NCBI GenBank assembly: GCA_965153355.1
Contig: OZ231126.1
Coordinates: forward strand, 46,252,001 to 46,316,000
DNA: 64,000 nucleotides
Reading direction: 5' to 3'
Source of the DNA: Flaccisagitta enflata
Taxonomy: Eukaryota
The translations under genes and the position numbers were made by a program. Below are positions 32,626 to 45,559 of the stretch, in pieces. Positions within the stretch are counted from its first letter, which is position 1. Each line of letters starts with the position of its first letter. The notes below the pieces were generated by a model. The model saw only the letters and a list, made by a program, of their open reading frames with translations, was not told the DNA's origin and searched no databases.

Positions 32626-35600
32626 ATGACCCGTAGCTCAAACAAGGAAACGCTTGATCGGTTCGTCGCTCTCTCTGAACAAATTGGGGAGAAAGAAGAG
32701 ACCGACGACGACTACAGTAATCTCGCCGACCAGTTTAATTCTCTTCTCGCCGATCTGCTTTTACAAGTGTCCACATTTTCGCCCGAACAAAGACAGTTCA
32801 TCGAAGAAAAAGCCGGCGAAGGAATACAAAGTAAGGAGTCAAGGGAATTATACGCCCGCTTTTACAACGCCCACAGTAACCTCGACCGCTTTCTAAAAGG
32901 CACCGAATCAGCGGACGACGATTATACAGTAGTCGGCAATAACTTTAATTCTCTCTTAAAAGAAGCTCTCGATAATCTTCCCTCGTTTACTCCCGCTCAA
33001 CGCCGGTTCATTGAAGATAGCAAACGTAAAACTTTTCTTCCTAAACATCGTTTGGCCCGTTGTCGGGCCCGAAGCCGATCGCAGTCTCGGTCACGTTCTC
33101 TCTCTGTCTCTCATCAACAAAGTCTCTCTTCGGAGGAAAGTTTTGCGTCTACATCTACGAATTCAACCATCATGGGCGACGCCGCTCAAAAGAAAGCGGC
33201 CGAAGAGGCGGCAGCAAGAAAAGCCGCCGAAGAATCGGCAGCTCTCAATAACTCTACCGAATCAACCATGTCATCCAAAGTGGCTTTGCTCAAGTTAAAA
33301 TTCGACGAAGAAGCCGACGCCATGGAAATGGAAAAGTTAAAACTAGCTCAAGCCTTCAAGAAGAAGAAACGCGATCTACTACAGGCGGCGATCGAGGAGG
33401 GTCTCGACAATGACTTAGCCGAGTGCATCGCATCAATCGACATCGAGGGTACGGCGGCCGCTCCGTCAACGCCCGCCGCAGGTGCTGCAGCCGCCGCAGC
33501 CTCGCCGCAGCCCGCCGACATCTCGCAACTGGTCGGTAGCCAACGATTGAAGAATACAACGCCAGCTACCGCCGAAAAGTTCAGTGGCGGAACGGAGGCG
33601 TACTCGCGCTTCATCGTCAAATTCAACAGCCAAGTGATGGATCTTCCAGGAGTCTCCGATGCCGAGAGGTTCGTCGCCCTTCAAGACTGGACCGCCGGTG
33701 AAGCTCACAAGATGATCTCCACATACATCTACGAAACAGATAAGTCCACAGCTTTGAAGGAGGCGTTAGAAGAGTTGAAGTTTTTCTATGGGAAAAGGCA
33801 AGGAAAGGCCGAGGGCAATTTGGCCAAGATTTTGGAAGGGAAGGAAGTCCCGACTAATTCAATTGAGGGGATCAAGGAGTTAATCCAAGAGATTAAGGAG
33901 ATGGCAGCCTTTGCAAAGGCAACAAAGGATGATTCATTTTTGGAGCTGAAGGCCACAGTGGTATCCATAGTGAAGAAAAGGTTGAGTTACAAGCTCAAGG
34001 AGAAATTCTCCAAAGTGTCCCGAAGTGCAGAGGATAAAGGTCAGAAGGTCAATGTAGACTTTCTCATCAAGTTTTTGAAAGACTGGTTCAAAGAAATCAG
34101 CTGCAGCTTTGGGATGTGCGAGTTGGTTGATAGTAAGCCTGCATCCTCATCATCTCCCTCTTCTTCTCCTAGTTTCAAAGGTTTGCCAAAGACGGCCGCT
34201 CCGTCGAAACCATCACCATTCTCCAAGGCCAACATTGCCGCCATGGAAGCAAACGAGCTGGGTATCTCCCAGCGCCGCCCGCAGCAGCCGCAGCCTCGCT
34301 TTTCGACGCCGCAGCAGCCGCGCACATCCTCGTCGACGCCGCAGCAGCCGCGCGCATTCTCGTCGACGCAGCAGCAGCATCAGTGGGTCCCCAGCAGCAT
34401 CCAGTGGTCTCAACAGACTCAGCAGTTAAGTCCAGTTTGTTTGTACTGTTCAGATGCCCATCTTTTGGATGGATGTCCCAAGTTTAGTGAATTGAGTGTA
34501 CCAGAAAGGAAGCAATTCCTGTTCAAGCAGCGTCTCTGTCTGAGATGCTTCGGCAGGAACCACCAGATTGGGAAATGTCGTGAGAAAGTCCAATGTTTAT
34601 TGTGCAATCGATTTGGTCACAATACCCTCCTTCATGCAGCTCCTCTTACCTCTCAGAGTCAAGTCCCTTCCTCAAGCAGTGGAATGGTCAATGTGATGCC
34701 GGCCGGATCCAACGTGGATGTGCAGAATCGTCTCCTTCAGCTCTCTGGGACCCAGGTGGTGGATCCAACTCCAGCTGAGACAGGGGCCGCTCCCCTCGAG
34801 AGTCAGGTGAACGTGTCTGCCGCAGTGTCAAATGTTGATTGTTTCAGACCAGTCCTCGCTGTTAAAGTTAATCTTCCTGGTGGTAGGTTCACCTCAGTTT
34901 ATGCCTTATATGATACGGGCTCAAATAAAACGCTCATTACCCAAGATTTCCAGCGCAAGTTCAACATCGCGACTCGACAGCAGTTTGTTACGCTGAATGG
35001 ACTGGGCTCGTCCTCATCGGGTCAAAGGGATGTTGCAACATTCTCGCTCCAGTCGCTCGTGGATCCCAAGACGGTTCTGGATGGCGTCGAAGCCTACGTC
35101 GTCGAATCACTACCCTTCAAGCCAGGTCATATCGCTCGACAGCATCATGTTGACAAGTTTGATTACATGGAAGGTGTTAGGTTGATTGAGTTGGATTCTG
35201 ATAACATTTCGATTCTTATTGGAACTGACCTTGCACCTGCCTTTGTCCATTACGAGGCTCGCATTCTCAATCGCTCCTCTCCAGTCGCGCTGAGATCGCC
35301 ATTTGGTTGGTCGTTGATGGGCCCAATCGACCGCCCGTCGAAGTCTGCGTGGGCCGCTTACGTCTCTTTCGATGAAGGGAAACAGCTGAATGACCAATTG
35401 GAGAAATATTTTCGCGCTGACTTTCCGGATGCGCCATCTGCCAAGGTTGGAAGGTCGCATCAAGATCAGCGCGCCGAGGACATGATGAAAGCTTCATGCA
35501 AGTTTGTTGACGGGAGAATTCAAGTGGGACTCCTGTGGGACAAAGATCGTGAGACAACCGCCACTCTCATGCCATCCGCAGCATCAGAGGCTACCGCACG

Positions 35601-38600
35601 CGTTCGGACGATCAAGATGGTTCGTCGACTCTCCAAGACTCCGCATCTCAAGAAGGTGGTCGAAGACTCAGTGGAGAAGCTCCTCGCAGAAGGTTGGGCT
35701 GAAGTTGTTGACATGAATGCCCCGACATCAGACATTTTGTGGTATCTCCCGGGTGTCCTTAGTGAGCGCAAGGGCAAGCACAGGTTTTGTCTGGATGGCG
35801 CTGCCGAAAGTTTTGGTGTGAGTTTGAATTCAATGCTGTTAACTGGCGAGGGATCAAATGTCACAATCTTTAACGCTTTGTCGAATGCGCGAAGATATAA
35901 CTTTTTCGCGTGTGGTGACATCAAATCATGTTTTCACCAGATTCTTATCCCTCCAGAAGATCGAGATGCCTTAAGGTTCTTCAGGTGGCTGCCTGGACAA
36001 GAAGACGTCCTTGAGTGCATCCGAATGTGCCGCAATATCTTCGGATCCGCATGTTCGACTGCGATCAATTCCTTTGCCATTCGCTACAACGCAGAAATCA
36101 ATGGCGCCGATTTTGCCAGGGAAGTCATTGAGGCGATCCTTCGAGCTTACGTCGACGATGTCCCGACATCATCTCCCACAGAGGAAAGTAGCATTGAGCT
36201 GGTCCGCGGTCTTATTGATTTGTGTGCTCGTGGAGGCTTCCCATTGACAAAATTTGTCGCTAACTCTCAAGCCGTCTTAGATTCCATCCCTACAGATCTC
36301 AAAGCAGAGGGATTCAAAGGACAAGGGCCGCTCCCTTCGACGTCGGTGCTCGGGGTCAAGTATGACCCAAAGGAGGATACTTTTCGCATCAAGTCCGCCG
36401 CGAAAAGTGGTGGGGGTCCATGGACTCGAAAACGCGTTCTCTCCGTGGTGATGGGTATCTTCGACCCTCTCGGCCAAGTCGCTCCGTACACGCTGTTGGG
36501 AAAGAAGATGAACCAGGAGTTGTGCGCCGCCAAGTTTGGCTGGGATCCGCCGCTACCGCCTGAAGTTGACGCCAGAGTGGAGAAGTGGTTCCAAGGTATG
36601 GAGCAATTGCAGTCTTTGCCCATTGTTCGATCATTTGGTTTGACCTATCATGGCCCACCCGTTATCCTCATCACATTCACTGATGCCTCGATCATCGGCT
36701 ACGGCGCCGTTTCTTTCTTTGTTATTGAGGCCACAGGCCAAGTCGTTTGGGTTGCAGCTAGGTCACGTGTCTCGCCAACTAAGGAGACCAACGTCGACGT
36801 CAACGGATCAATTCCTAGGTTGGAGTTGCAGGCTGCCGTCACTGGAGTGGAATTGTCGACGCAGATCAAGGAAGACATCGATGTCCAGATTTCCCGGGAA
36901 TACTTCTTCACGGATTCCACGACAGTCTACTTTTGGATCCAAGGAAAGGATGGTAAGCATCCAGTGTTTGTTGCCAACCGTCTCAACAAAATTCATCTTA
37001 CCCATCCAGATGCTCCGCCAAAGCAGTGGAGATGGGTGCCTACTGGTCTTAACCCTGCCGACGTCGTCTCCCGAGGTGCCATGCCTGACGACACCGAAGC
37101 CTGGAAGCTGTTTCACAAAGGTCCGCGCTTCATCGCCTGTCCTGAAGATGAGTGGCCTTTGCTTCCAGTCCCCGACGAAGCCACGGTGGGGGCATCCAAC
37201 GCCGCTGATCCATCAGTTCAGGAAAGTAACCCTGTTGTCATTGGTTGCTTGGAAAGTTTGCTACGTCGCAAAAGTAACTTCACATCGATTATGCGCATTG
37301 TCAGTTACCTTCTTAGGTACGTGGGCCGCTCCCGCAAGAAAGTTGACAAGTTTAATCCTACAATTTCGTCTCTCCCCAGTGCCTCAGAGATGCAAGATGC
37401 CAAGGATCTCCTCATTCGAGACTGCCAACGTCGCCATTTTCAAGCGGAAATCACAGTCTACACTGAAGGGACTGTGAAGAAGAGGAAGATCAAGAGAGTT
37501 CTCAACAGGTCAGCTTCGTCTTTGCGCCAGTTGAACCCATTTGTTGATGACAAGGGATTTCTCCGAGTTGGAGGAAGGTTGGGTCTCTGCAAAGAGGCAT
37601 TTGAAGTGTCTCATCCATTGATTCTGCCTTACGAAGATCCTCTTGTTAATCATCTCATCAAATTCATTCATGAGGAATTTGGTCACGCCGGCATCGAGTA
37701 TGTTCTCTCCAAGTTACGCCGTCAGTTCTGGATCATCAAGGGTCGCCAAGCCGTCAAGAAGGTTCTGTGGCGATGTCTCACGTGTCGCCGTCGCCATCGT
37801 CATCCGGAGCAGCAACAGATGGCGCCTCTCCCATCTTATCGCATCGAAGTCGCGCCGCCCTTCACAGACACCGGAGTGGATCTCTTCGGCCCCATCTCAG
37901 TTAAGTGTGGCCGTTATGGGAAGAAGGTGTGGGTGGTGTTGTTCTGCTGCATGCGAGTCAGAGCAGTTTTTCTTGAAGTAGTGAAGGATTTGGAAGCTCA
38001 GACGTTCATCGAAACCTTACAGCGTTTTCACTCCTTCTACCCTTCCGTCAAGCGTCTCCACAGTGATCAGGGGACCAATCTCGTCGGCGCCAACAATTTG
38101 CTGCAGTCAATGCTCGCCGAGTGGAAGAACGTCCCCGAGTCTGCTGTATTTCCTCGGCCAGTGGGCATCGAGTGGATCTTCATCCCGCCTCATGCGCCAC
38201 ATCAAGGTGGAAGCTGGGAACGTCTCGTTGGAGTGGTGAAGAAGACCATTGGAGGTATCACCTCGGGGCTGACCCCCAGTGATATCCAATACGAACGCTT
38301 TCGCACTATCGTCCAAGTCGCCGCAGGGATCGTCAACCGCCGCCCGTTGACGCGATTCTCTTCCGATCCTCAAGATCTTCGGCCGCTGACACCAGCGCAT
38401 TTCCTCAATCCAGCGATGTCTCATCTGGTCCTTTCGTCCGACGCTCTCCCATCGGTGCCGCTCACTGGAACGGAGCTGCGTCGATCGAAGGATGTCCTTC
38501 GTCCAATCCTCGATTCGTTTTGGAAGCAGTGGACTACTGAGTACGTCGCAAGTCTCCAGAAGAGATCCAAGTGGATCTGTCGCCAACGCAACATCGCCAA

Positions 38601-38829
38601 AGGTGATCTCGTCCTCCATGTTGAAGAATCTATGCCCAGGGAACGCTGGCCCTTGGCCATCGTGACGGGTATCATCCCTAGTGAAGATGGACTCGTTCGT
38701 CGTGTCCACATCCGAACCTCATCCGGTCAATCCTTCGAACGTGACGTCAGGAAGATCATCCTCCTCGAACGCGAAGGGGAAGATGAGAAGGTGGAGGAGG
38801 TGGTCATCGATGGTGGGGGAGATGAATGA
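32626..38829 (+). CDS. Bel/Pao Gag-Pol polyprotein (Gag with triple Cys-His knuckle, aspartic protease, RT, RNase H, integrase), 2067 aa
   Basis: CLYCSDAH..C / CLRCFGRNH..C / CLLC..HNTLLH, ALYDTGS, GDIKSCFHQ, YVDD, FTDAS, IPRLELQAA, H..H..CLTC, GVDLFGP, SDQGTN, GGSWERLV and FWKQWTTEY. No stops or frameshifts. Confidence 0.97.
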   Translation: MTRSSNKETLDRFVALSEQIGEKEETDDDYSNLADQFNSLLADLLLQVSTFSPEQRQFIEEKAGEGIQSKESRELYARFYNAHSNLDRFLKGTESADDDYTVVGNNFNSLLKEALDNLPSFTPAQRRFIEDSKRKTFLPKHRLARCRARSRSQSRSRSLSVSHQQSLSSEESFASTSTNSTIMGDAAQKKAAEEAAARKAAEESAALNNSTESTMSSKVALLKLKFDEEADAMEMEKLKLAQAFKKKKRDLLQAAIEEGLDNDLAECIASIDIEGTAAAPSTPAAGAAAAAASPQPADISQLVGSQRLKNTTPATAEKFSGGTEAYSRFIVKFNSQVMDLPGVSDAERFVALQDWTAGEAHKMISTYIYETDKSTALKEALEELKFFYGKRQGKAEGNLAKILEGKEVPTNSIEGIKELIQEIKEMAAFAKATKDDSFLELKATVVSIVKKRLSYKLKEKFSKVSRSAEDKGQKVNVDFLIKFLKDWFKEISCSFGMCELVDSKPASSSSPSSSPSFKGLPKTAAPSKPSPFSKANIAAMEANELGISQRRPQQPQPRFSTPQQPRTSSSTPQQPRAFSSTQQQHQWVPSSIQWSQQTQQLSPVCLYCSDAHLLDGCPKFSELSVPERKQFLFKQRLCLRCFGRNHQIGKCREKVQCLLCNRFGHNTLLHAAPLTSQSQVPSSSSGMVNVMPAGSNVDVQNRLLQLSGTQVVDPTPAETGAAPLESQVNVSAAVSNVDCFRPVLAVKVNLPGGRFTSVYALYDTGSNKTLITQDFQRKFNIATRQQFVTLNGLGSSSSGQRDVATFSLQSLVDPKTVLDGVEAYVVESLPFKPGHIARQHHVDKFDYMEGVRLIELDSDNISILIGTDLAPAFVHYEARILNRSSPVALRSPFGWSLMGPIDRPSKSAWAAYVSFDEGKQLNDQLEKYFRADFPDAPSAKVGRSHQDQRAEDMMKASCKFVDGRIQVGLLWDKDRETTATLMPSAASEATARVRTIKMVRRLSKTPHLKKVVEDSVEKLLAEGWAEVVDMNAPTSDILWYLPGVLSERKGKHRFCLDGAAESFGVSLNSMLLTGEGSNVTIFNALSNARRYNFFACGDIKSCFHQILIPPEDRDALRFFRWLPGQEDVLECIRMCRNIFGSACSTAINSFAIRYNAEINGADFAREVIEAILRAYVDDVPTSSPTEESSIELVRGLIDLCARGGFPLTKFVANSQAVLDSIPTDLKAEGFKGQGPLPSTSVLGVKYDPKEDTFRIKSAAKSGGGPWTRKRVLSVVMGIFDPLGQVAPYTLLGKKMNQELCAAKFGWDPPLPPEVDARVEKWFQGMEQLQSLPIVRSFGLTYHGPPVILITFTDASIIGYGAVSFFVIEATGQVVWVAARSRVSPTKETNVDVNGSIPRLELQAAVTGVELSTQIKEDIDVQISREYFFTDSTTVYFWIQGKDGKHPVFVANRLNKIHLTHPDAPPKQWRWVPTGLNPADVVSRGAMPDDTEAWKLFHKGPRFIACPEDEWPLLPVPDEATVGASNAADPSVQESNPVVIGCLESLLRRKSNFTSIMRIVSYLLRYVGRSRKKVDKFNPTISSLPSASEMQDAKDLLIRDCQRRHFQAEITVYTEGTVKKRKIKRVLNRSASSLRQLNPFVDDKGFLRVGGRLGLCKEAFEVSHPLILPYEDPLVNHLIKFIHEEFGHAGIEYVLSKLRRQFWIIKGRQAVKKVLWRCLTCRRRHRHPEQQQMAPLPSYRIEVAPPFTDTGVDLFGPISVKCGRYGKKVWVVLFCCMRVRAVFLEVVKDLEAQTFIETLQRFHSFYPSVKRLHSDQGTNLVGANNLLQSMLAEWKNVPESAVFPRPVGIEWIFIPPHAPHQGGSWERLVGVVKKTIGGITSGLTPSDIQYERFRTIVQVAAGIVNRRPLTRFSSDPQDLRPLTPAHFLNPAMSHLVLSSDALPSVPLTGTELRRSKDVLRPILDSFWKQWTTEYVASLQKRSKWICRQRNIAKGDLVLHVEESMPRERWPLAIVTGIIPSEDGLVRRVHIRTSSGQSFERDVRKIILLEREGEDEKVEEVVIDGGGDE

Positions 38830-38990
38830 CTTTACTTCATCGTTCTCGTGTTGCGCTTTACGTTATCATTTGTTCATTGCCTAATGCAGTTAGTTGTTTA
38901 TGTTAGCTATCTCATTCATGGGTTTGGATGTGTTGTGGGTAGTTTAGTGTTGGTTAGAAATCTGACATTTGTTTGATTTCTAGATGGGGG

Positions 38991-39538
38991 TGTGTGATAT
39001 TCGATGCGCTTTCTGTAGCCCCGCCATCTTTAGCCTATCATTAGCCTCGTGGTTTAAGCCTCGTGAATGTTCAGTTGCCGTTCACTCGTCGTTCATTGGC
39101 TGACGTCATCATGTTTGTATTCATCCGCGCACGCTTTATCGTTATTGCCATATTTGGGCATTGCGTCACCCGTTTTGAACCGCTTCACTGTCGCTCTAGA
39201 AGTATCTATGCGCGTGGGTGAGGGTTGAGTTTGGGAACTATTTTTTGTATTTGCTCTTAAATACCGGAGCGCGTGGTCGTTTGTCAGTAGCAGTTCGTGG
39301 TGTAGTGTGGAACCGTCCGACCATAGTAAGTTGAAGTTGATATTGAATTGTGTGTATTAAATTGTTTGTATTTCTTTACGCCCCTTAACAAGGCCTAATG
39401 GTTTCTCCCCCTTTTTTTGTCCCTTTTTGTAGATTTGACGTGTCGATGCGATGAAATAAATGTTTTTGATTCAACCACGTGCTTTTCGATAGACGGAAAG
39501 GATAAGCTACTCAATTCTCACGCTAGAAATATCCAATA
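38991..39538 (+). repeat. 3' LTR
   Basis: Direct repeat of the 5' LTR, followed by the TSD GCATT. Confidence 0.95.
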
Positions 39539-40001
39539 GCATTGTTTGTGACACGGTGGCAAAACTCAAAAGCATATTCAAATTCAGCCGAGGTAAATCC
39601 ATAAAAATATCCGTCTGAATTTGAAATTTGTTTTTATATGTTGAATATCTGCGGGTTGATCGACTTGTCGTATTCATAATGATCTTAACCGTTTATTCCC
39701 GAAAACATCGAAAAGCTGTTTCAAGAGCTAATAAGTTTACATACATGAAAGCTGTGTCTTAAGTTCCCACTATCTGGGGCTTGTCTGGGTACTTGCTAAA
39801 GATTTAAGATATCTAATTCTGTTTGTTTTATTTCATTCTAAACGATATATTATATATATTAGTTATTATATATATTAGTTTGTCGGTCTGTTGGTCCTTC
39901 CGTAAGTTCGAAACAAAGGTTTCGGGCTTTTCTGTTCTTCGCGGGCACTTACTATTGCCAAAACGGCTTCTGTATAACTACCCCTGCCCCCCCCCCCTTG
40001 C

Positions 40002-40070
<69 letters not shown>

Positions 40071-40780
40071 TTAAACCGACGGAATGACAGAGACAGACGG
40101 AGAGAGTTTAGTTGACTCTAGACTTATTTGGGCAGGAGCAGTGAGGCCAAAGACCGCAAAAAAAAAACTAAAAAGTAAAGTGTAACGGACGGACGGACCG
40201 ACAAAGCGGGGTGTAAAGTCCCGTAGCACGCGACTATAAACGAGATGCCTTATAGTTGTCAAGTTTCTGAATTTCAAGTTATGCCCATGAAGATGTTCAC
40301 TACTGACCAACCGGCAAAACGAAAAAAAGGGAGTGATGTAGTGAGGATTGGGCAGAATAGAGATGGAACGACATCCGCATGACAAGTGTGTCCCCAATAG
40401 ACGATGCGGGACATTTCGGAAGTTTCAATATATCGGCTTTTTACGATTTTCATATGAAAAAGTTGTCTTCTTAGATCCTTTACTACGATTCTTAGCATGT
40501 GTTATCTTGTTCGAGTCGAAATGGGTCATAAGACATGAATGAAGAGAAGTCCTAACGGAGAATTCCGCTCTTTTCGTCGTCATCGACGTCATCTACACTA
40601 TGCGTCGATCCTTATTTAGTTTTAAGTAACGATTGTGTGGCCTTGGCCTTAGTGGCCCACCGAACTCGGTTCTAGGTCTGCAGTCCATAAGAGTGGGTGA
40701 CAGCATAAACTGATGTAGTGATGACTAATGTAGACAAGCTTACCGCTTACGTCATGAGAAACTTGAGGCAATTAAAGTAA

Positions 40781-40857
<77 letters not shown>

Positions 40858-40901
40858 AGAGAAATGCCGAAAGAACCGAGGTGGAAAACAAAACAGAATC
40901 A

Positions 40902-41335
40902 AATCTGCAGTCAAAAAAGGTCTCAGGTCAATATTTCGATAGGCTACAGCTACATTTCTCAGGTCAAAATACTATATAAGGTCAAATTTTCAAAATTGGA
41001 AATTTGTCAATCTGATTCAGAATCCTTGCAAAAAACTGTGTGAAGAAAGTGTCTTTCTTTTTTCAAAATTTTGATTAGAACATAGTCAAAACTAATATTA
41101 TCTGTCAAAATTAGGCCGAATTTAGACAAAAGAGCAATTTTACTCTATGTTGGATGTTTACGTAATTTTATTTGTATATCAAAATTTAAAAAGAAAGATA
41201 CTTTCTTTTAATAGTTTTTTGAAGGATTTTGAATCTGCAATCAGATTGACAAGTTTATTTTGAAAGGTGACCTACGAGAAATGTAGCCGTAGCCTATCGA
41301 AATATTGACCTGAGACCATTTCTGACTGCAGATTT
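40902..41335. mobile_element. Palindromic MITE-like element
   Basis: AATCTGCAGTCAAAAAAGGTCTCAGGTCAATATTTCGATAGGCTAC at the left is the reverse complement of the right end. Exact termini and TSD were not resolved. Confidence 0.65.
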
Positions 41336-41971
41336 GGATTCCTTGGGTCAAAATTGGTCTAGTACGGGATGGACGGTAAAATCCCCCAACTTTAACATAA
41401 TCCTGAGATTTTTTAATGTGGTTATGAACACAGCCAGGTTACTTCTTGTCGTTTAAGACAACGCAGTACGAAATAGGGATGAGAGAGATAGACAGACAGG
41501 GGGGAGGGAAAGAGAGACAGAAAGAGTAAACACACACATACACATAATTACACACACTAACACACACGCAACTCTATAAGAGGCTTTATCCATACGTCGG
41601 TCTGTCGGTCTGTTAGTCCAGGGTCATCAAGTTAAAAAACAAGCGTTTGAGAAACTTTTTGTATAAGTTTTTGTGTGTGAGTGGAGTAGGGGTGTAGATG
41701 GGGGTTGGATGCCCCTGCCCACCCGTCCGCAACGATATTGTAACCCCGCGTCACTTGTTTCATCTCTCCTCATGCCTCACTCTGTCTCTTAGATGTACGT
41801 GCTGATATCATCTTAACACTGATTGATAAAACTAAGTTTTTTTTCACACCAAGTGTTTATTTAAGTTCAGATCAAACATTTCAAGCAGGTCAGATAAGCT
41901 AATGGATTTGCAAATTTGCTTTCTTCCATCATTGGAAAGTTATAAATTTCTTTTTTAACTTCAAGGTCTCT

Positions 41972-42512
41972 CGGGTGGTCAAAAAAAAAGTGACTAAGCT
42001 AGAATTTTTTTTAATAACCTTGAAAATTTTTTTATATGTTAATATTTTAGAAATGAAATAAAATGTATAAAAAAGTTGAATTTTTTTCAGTTTTGTAAAA
42101 CAAATAATTACATAAATACAAAAAAATAAAATGTTTGCATGAATCAGTTATAACATAGATAATCAGTGGTTTTTAAGAAACAAATATATTTATTAGGTCC
42201 TGTCTGTTTGTATTCTTATAATTTTTCTTCAATTTTTTAGCAGTTTTTGAGTCGTCCTTAACTGTAGACAGTGAATCGATGAAAAAACTTCAATTTTATT
42301 ATAGAAAATTTTTGGTATAAATCAAAGCGGTCCAAAATTAAAATCAGTTTATTGTAAATAATTTGAAATGTACAAAAAATGTACAAAAATCATAATAATG
42401 AAAAAAATTCTCCTGCACTATATCTTATTGGCAAAAAAAGAAATTTTACTCTAAATATTTTTCTACAAAAGATAGGAGAAAATGAAAAAGTCACTTTTTT
42501 TTTGACCACCCG
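41972..42512. mobile_element. MITE with 24-bp TIRs (Tc1/mariner-like termini)
   Basis: CGGGTGGTCAAAAAAAAAGTGACT ... AGTCACTTTTTTTTTGACCACCCG with an AT-rich interior. Confidence 0.7.
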
Positions 42513-42848
42513 TTATATAATTCAAACGATCAACGAGTGATGCCTCCCACAAGTCCAAAGATTTTAAGTATAAAACCAAAAATACATGTGCAATTCCTTC
42601 ATCAATTTCCTTCTTACAGAATTTGTTAATAAAATCTTTTATGACATTTGGTCAGTCTTTGGGTTAATCCTTCCGTCCATCGAAAGTCACTATCATAGAG
42701 CTGCTGGAGAGCCGAGCAGTTTTGTCACAAAGCGTTTGTCTTTAAGGGGAGACCGGTCTCAAATAGGAAAAAAAAAACATTTATGAACAACATTTTTGGA
42801 ATCACATATATTTACAACGATGCATGTACAAAAGTGAGGTATCGCTAT

Positions 42849-44530
<1,682 letters not shown>

Positions 44531-44976
44531 AAAGAGATTAGAAAGGATAAAACAATGGACGCAAGGATGCGGTTGACAAACGCCGCATCCGCGTCCGCGT
44601 CTTGGTCAGCAACTTTGCAAACAGCTCCGGCTCCGCCTCCCCATTTCCTGACTTTTTCCGAGCGGCTCCGCGCCCGCGTCTCCCCATAAAGGCCGCGTCC
44701 ACCGCATCCGGCTCCATTCCGGATCCGGCTCCGCTTTTTCTGGGACCGACATAGCGGGGTGTTGAGTAGCGTAGCAAACGACTAAAAATACTGGTTGACC
44801 TGAAGCGGAGCCGTTCAAAGCAATTTTCGATTTACCCTAGATTTCAATTCCACTTTTTCCAGTTCGAAGTGGGTTTTTGATTTTTCGCGGAAACGTGGGA
44901 CTGGCTTGAGTTTGTTCATCCTGAAATTGACGACCTGATCGAAAGCGAATTCAAATTTAGTAATCAGGTAATAGTA

Positions 44977-45559
44977 CTAACTCAAAAGTATAGACACAAG
45001 ATGAGCTTGATTGACTTATTCAATAAATAATAAGTAATATAATTCTGGAATATGTTTGATATTAAGTGTGTCCCGCCTGGACAGTAACAAATGCCTTCAT
45101 ATGCCTTGGCATGCCTTTGTATAGAGATATGAGGTAAATTGGTAAGATCTTTCCCAGACTTTTGGAGTAACTTTTTTCAGCCCTGCTGCTGATTTTGCAC
45201 AAAATTTGTTTTGAAGCTGCTTCATCTGAGACCAAAGCAATTCAATGGGGTTTAGATAGGGGCTGTTTCCAGACCAACCACTAAAGAGTTGTTTTGTGTA
45301 CCATTGCCTGGTTGTAGTGGCACATCATACTAGAGCGCTATCTTCTATCAATGAACTGCATTTCTTATTGCAACTTTTTATTTGGAGTAGCCATCTTGTT
45401 ATATCTGTCATTTCTAAGTGCTTTGACTTGGAAAGATGCGGTTGGTGCCATTCAATCAAAAATATGATCTAGTTTCTAGATCTCATTAATTTTTTTAACA
45501 TTTTCATATTCTATGTAGAGATATTGCCCAAAACGCTTGTGTCTATACTTATGAGCTAG
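44977..45559. mobile_element. MITE with ~24-bp imperfect TIRs
   Basis: CTAACTCAAAAGTATAGACACAAG / CTTGTGTCTATACTTATGAGCTAG, flanked by the direct repeat ATAGTA (44971-44976, 45560-45565). Confidence 0.65.

Larger units (their letters stand above)
31373..39538 (+). mobile_element. Full-length Bel/Pao LTR retrotransposon, recent insertion
   Basis: 548-bp LTRs at 31373-31920 and 38991-39538 with two mismatches by eye. 5-bp TSD GCATT (31368-31372, 39539-39543), purine tract AGATGGGGG before the 3' LTR, and an intact gag-pol ORF. Confidence 0.97.

Noticed and set aside
33348-38711. Antisense and alternative-frame ORFs within gag-pol, such as 36650-37477 and 38107-38709
   Set aside because: Shadow ORFs of a GC-richer coding region with no recognisable motifs. 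No env ORF is present before the 3' LTR.
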